From Thiotrichaceae bacterium (GTDB lineage: Bacteria > Pseudomonadota > Gammaproteobacteria > Beggiatoales > Beggiatoaceae), in NCBI GenBank assembly GCA_028688145.1, contig JAQTYU010000001.1:266284-330283 (forward strand): DNA of 64,000 nt, given 5' to 3'. Below, in pieces: positions 62,305-64,000 of the stretch (its first letter is position 1; each line of letters begins with the position of its first letter). A program made the translations under genes and the position numbers. The notes under the pieces are model-generated. The model made no database searches and was not told where the DNA came from. It worked only from the letters and a program-made list of their open reading frames with translations.

Positions 62305-62541
62305 GCGTTGATGTCTCGTTTTAATAGCTGCATCCATTTCTTCCAAAGTCACAGCCTTGCTGGGGGCGGGTAAAATGCCATGTAGCATTTTTATATCTCG
62401 ACATACATCAGGCCTATCTACAGGCATATCAGGTAATAGCACAACGATTTTAGTTTTTTTCCCATAGTATTGCTGATAGGCAATAGGAATTTGTAATTTC
62501 CCATCGTTGCTAATACTCGTTTCCAGTTCAATGGCTTGCAT
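62299..62541 (-). CDS. vapB: AbrB/SpoVT-type antitoxin (VapB-like)
   Basis: 80 aa, N-terminus MQAIELETSISNDGKLQIP resembles swapped-hairpin antitoxins. Translationally coupled to vapC. Confidence 0.5.
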   Translation of the reverse strand: MQAIELETSISNDGKLQIPIAYQQYYGKKTKIVVLLPDMPVDRPDVCRDIKMLHGILPAPSKAVTLEEMDAAIKTRHQRK

Positions 62542-62700
62542 GGGTCATATCCTAAATTTAGATTAAACAGTTAGTGTAAAAGTATAGCGTAATCCGCTAA
62601 ATTTAAACTCAATACTTTGTCTCATTCCCAAACTCAGTTTGGGAACGAGAAAACATCGTGTTATCGCATCATGTGCAGGATTTTTAAATCATCGCCTGAC

Positions 62701-62732
62701 TACCCGCATTCCGCTGCGCTCCATACGGGCTA
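62701..62732. repeat. family F3 repeat (inverted orientation)
   Basis: TACCCGCATTCCGCTGCGCTCCATACGGGCTA. Confidence 0.65.
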
Positions 62733-62909
62733 CATTTATTCTTAACAAACCATCAATGCCCTCCCCCTCAAAAACATACTTCTAAAGTTAAGATTTCTTT
62801 AAGGCTAGTATCGCAAGCTATACTCAATCCAAACGCACATAGCCTTTTATTTTTAATGGAAATAATCGAGATGTGACTCAAACTCTTTTTAACTTTCTAA
62901 GAGACACTC

Positions 62910-63404
62910 ATGAAAAAATTATCCTCACTCCTGCTTGTTGGAATGCTCAGCAGCTTTACAGCCAATGCTTCAAATGTCGGTGAAGCCGTCCCCGAATTTA
63001 CGCTACCTTCGTTGACAAAAAACCAAACCACCAGCTTTAAACAATTTAAAGGCAAAGTGGTTTATCTGGATTTTTGGGCTTCATGGTGTGCGCCATGCCG
63101 TACTTCTTTCCCCTTGCTCAATAAACTGCATCACAAGCTGAAAGCGCAAGGTTTTGAAGTGGTTGCCATCAATCTTGATGAAGAGCCCAGCAACGCCGCC
63201 CAATTTGTCAAAGAATTTGCGGTGGATTTCACCGTGTTGCGCGATGCCAAGGGCGAATGGGCGGATAAGTTTGTGGTCGAATCCATGCCAACCTCATTTA
63301 TCATTGATAAACAAGGGATTATTAAGCACATTCACCACGGTTTTGCCAGCGACGACCTCGCCGAATTAGAACAAAAAATCACCAGCTTGCTCGCACGCAA
63401 ATAG
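62910..63404 (+). CDS. TlpA/ResA-family periplasmic thiol-disulfide oxidoreductase
   Basis: Signal peptide, then WASWCAPC and a thioredoxin fold. Confidence 0.8.
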   Translation: MKKLSSLLLVGMLSSFTANASNVGEAVPEFTLPSLTKNQTTSFKQFKGKVVYLDFWASWCAPCRTSFPLLNKLHHKLKAQGFEVVAINLDEEPSNAAQFVKEFAVDFTVLRDAKGEWADKFVVESMPTSFIIDKQGIIKHIHHGFASDDLAELEQKITSLLARK

Positions 63405-63413
63405 GAGTTTCCC

Positions 63414-63629
63414 ATGAAACTTTTACAAATGGGTTTGTTAATTCTTGCCGCAGTTTCGGTGAGCGCGTGCAGCGAAGTGCCTGCCCGTCAACGTGGCAAT
63501 TTAGCCTTGCCCCAAATGGCATTAACCCCCGATGTCTTGGAATTTGGATTGCGCCAACACACTTCTTTCAGTAAAGAAGCAGGGTCTGGCGGTTATGGCG
63601 GCACGGGCGGCGGTTGCGGTTGCAACTAA
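63414..63629 (+). CDS. small lipoprotein with a Gly/Cys-rich C-terminus (DUF4266-like)
   Basis: Lipobox LAAVSVSAC. C-terminal GSGGYGGTGGGCGCN. 9-nt gap to the tlpA-like gene. Confidence 0.5.
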   Translation: MKLLQMGLLILAAVSVSACSEVPARQRGNLALPQMALTPDVLEFGLRQHTSFSKEAGSGGYGGTGGGCGCN

Positions 63630-63657
63630 AACAATAGGTTAATTTAGGGGCAATCTG

Positions 63658-64000
63658 ATGAAGAAAAAACTAAATGCAGTGGCGCGTTTGAGCTGTGCCG
63701 CCTTGGCTTTACCAGGTTTGATGCAAACCGCACAGGCGGGGCGGGTTGATGAAACTTACGATGTGGATGCGCAATATGGGCATTATCAAGAAAGTGATAA
63801 CCGTATCGGGGTCAATATTTTTGAAAGCTCGTTAAGCATTCCCATCGGCAAAACCATGACGGGCACATTGAGCTTGGTGCGCGACACCATTTCAGGCGCG
63901 TCCCCGATTTACAATGAAAAAGACAGTAAAGGCAAAGTCACCCAAGTCCTCAGTGGCGCATCTCAAAAAGCCGCAACCAGCAGTTGTGGGAAATCGATTT
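63658..64000 (+). CDS. secreted protein, 5' part only (DUF3570-like); continues past the window end
   Basis: Signal peptide MKKKLNAVARLSCAALALPGLMQTAQA. Truncated by the window. Confidence 0.4.
   Translation, partial: MKKKLNAVARLSCAALALPGLMQTAQAGRVDETYDVDAQYGHYQESDNRIGVNIFESSLSIPIGKTMTGTLSLVRDTISGASPIYNEKDSKGKVTQVLSGASQKAATSSCGKSI

Overview
This 64-kb window looks like chromosomal DNA from a proteobacterium, probably a gammaproteobacterium. Evidence: groESL, conserved pcnB-folK-panB synteny, YcjX/YcjF, kup, and a σ70 promoter with CIRCE ahead of groES. Mean GC is moderate, with several clearly AT-rich islets. About 45 genes are housekeeping or metabolic. Between them lie degenerate IS copies: two ISAs1-family remnants, one IS1-family remnant and one IS701-like remnant. 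There are also at least six families of short intergenic palindromic or REP-like repeats, two adjacent tRNA-like sequences with abnormal anticodon loops, and several accessory or defence-type genes. The accessory genes include an RloC-like zinc-hook anticodon nuclease just downstream of groEL and two different HipA-family kinase genes. One HipA gene is translationally coupled to a DUF3037 gene; the other lies immediately downstream of an MshE/GspE-type c-di-GMP-binding secretion ATPase, next to the tRNA-like remnants. An orphan hsdS, a vapBC pair whose vapC has an in-frame stop, a 1184-aa periplasmic-binding-domain/MscS/cNMP-binding channel protein, an SPFH protein near a zinc-ribbon/class III cyclase/FHA protein, and a TlpA/DUF4266-like/DUF3570-like cluster at the right edge complete the list. 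No CRISPR array, rRNA, integrase or intact prophage was seen. All domain and family calls come from reading the translated ORFs, with no database searches, so family names are best-recollection assignments.
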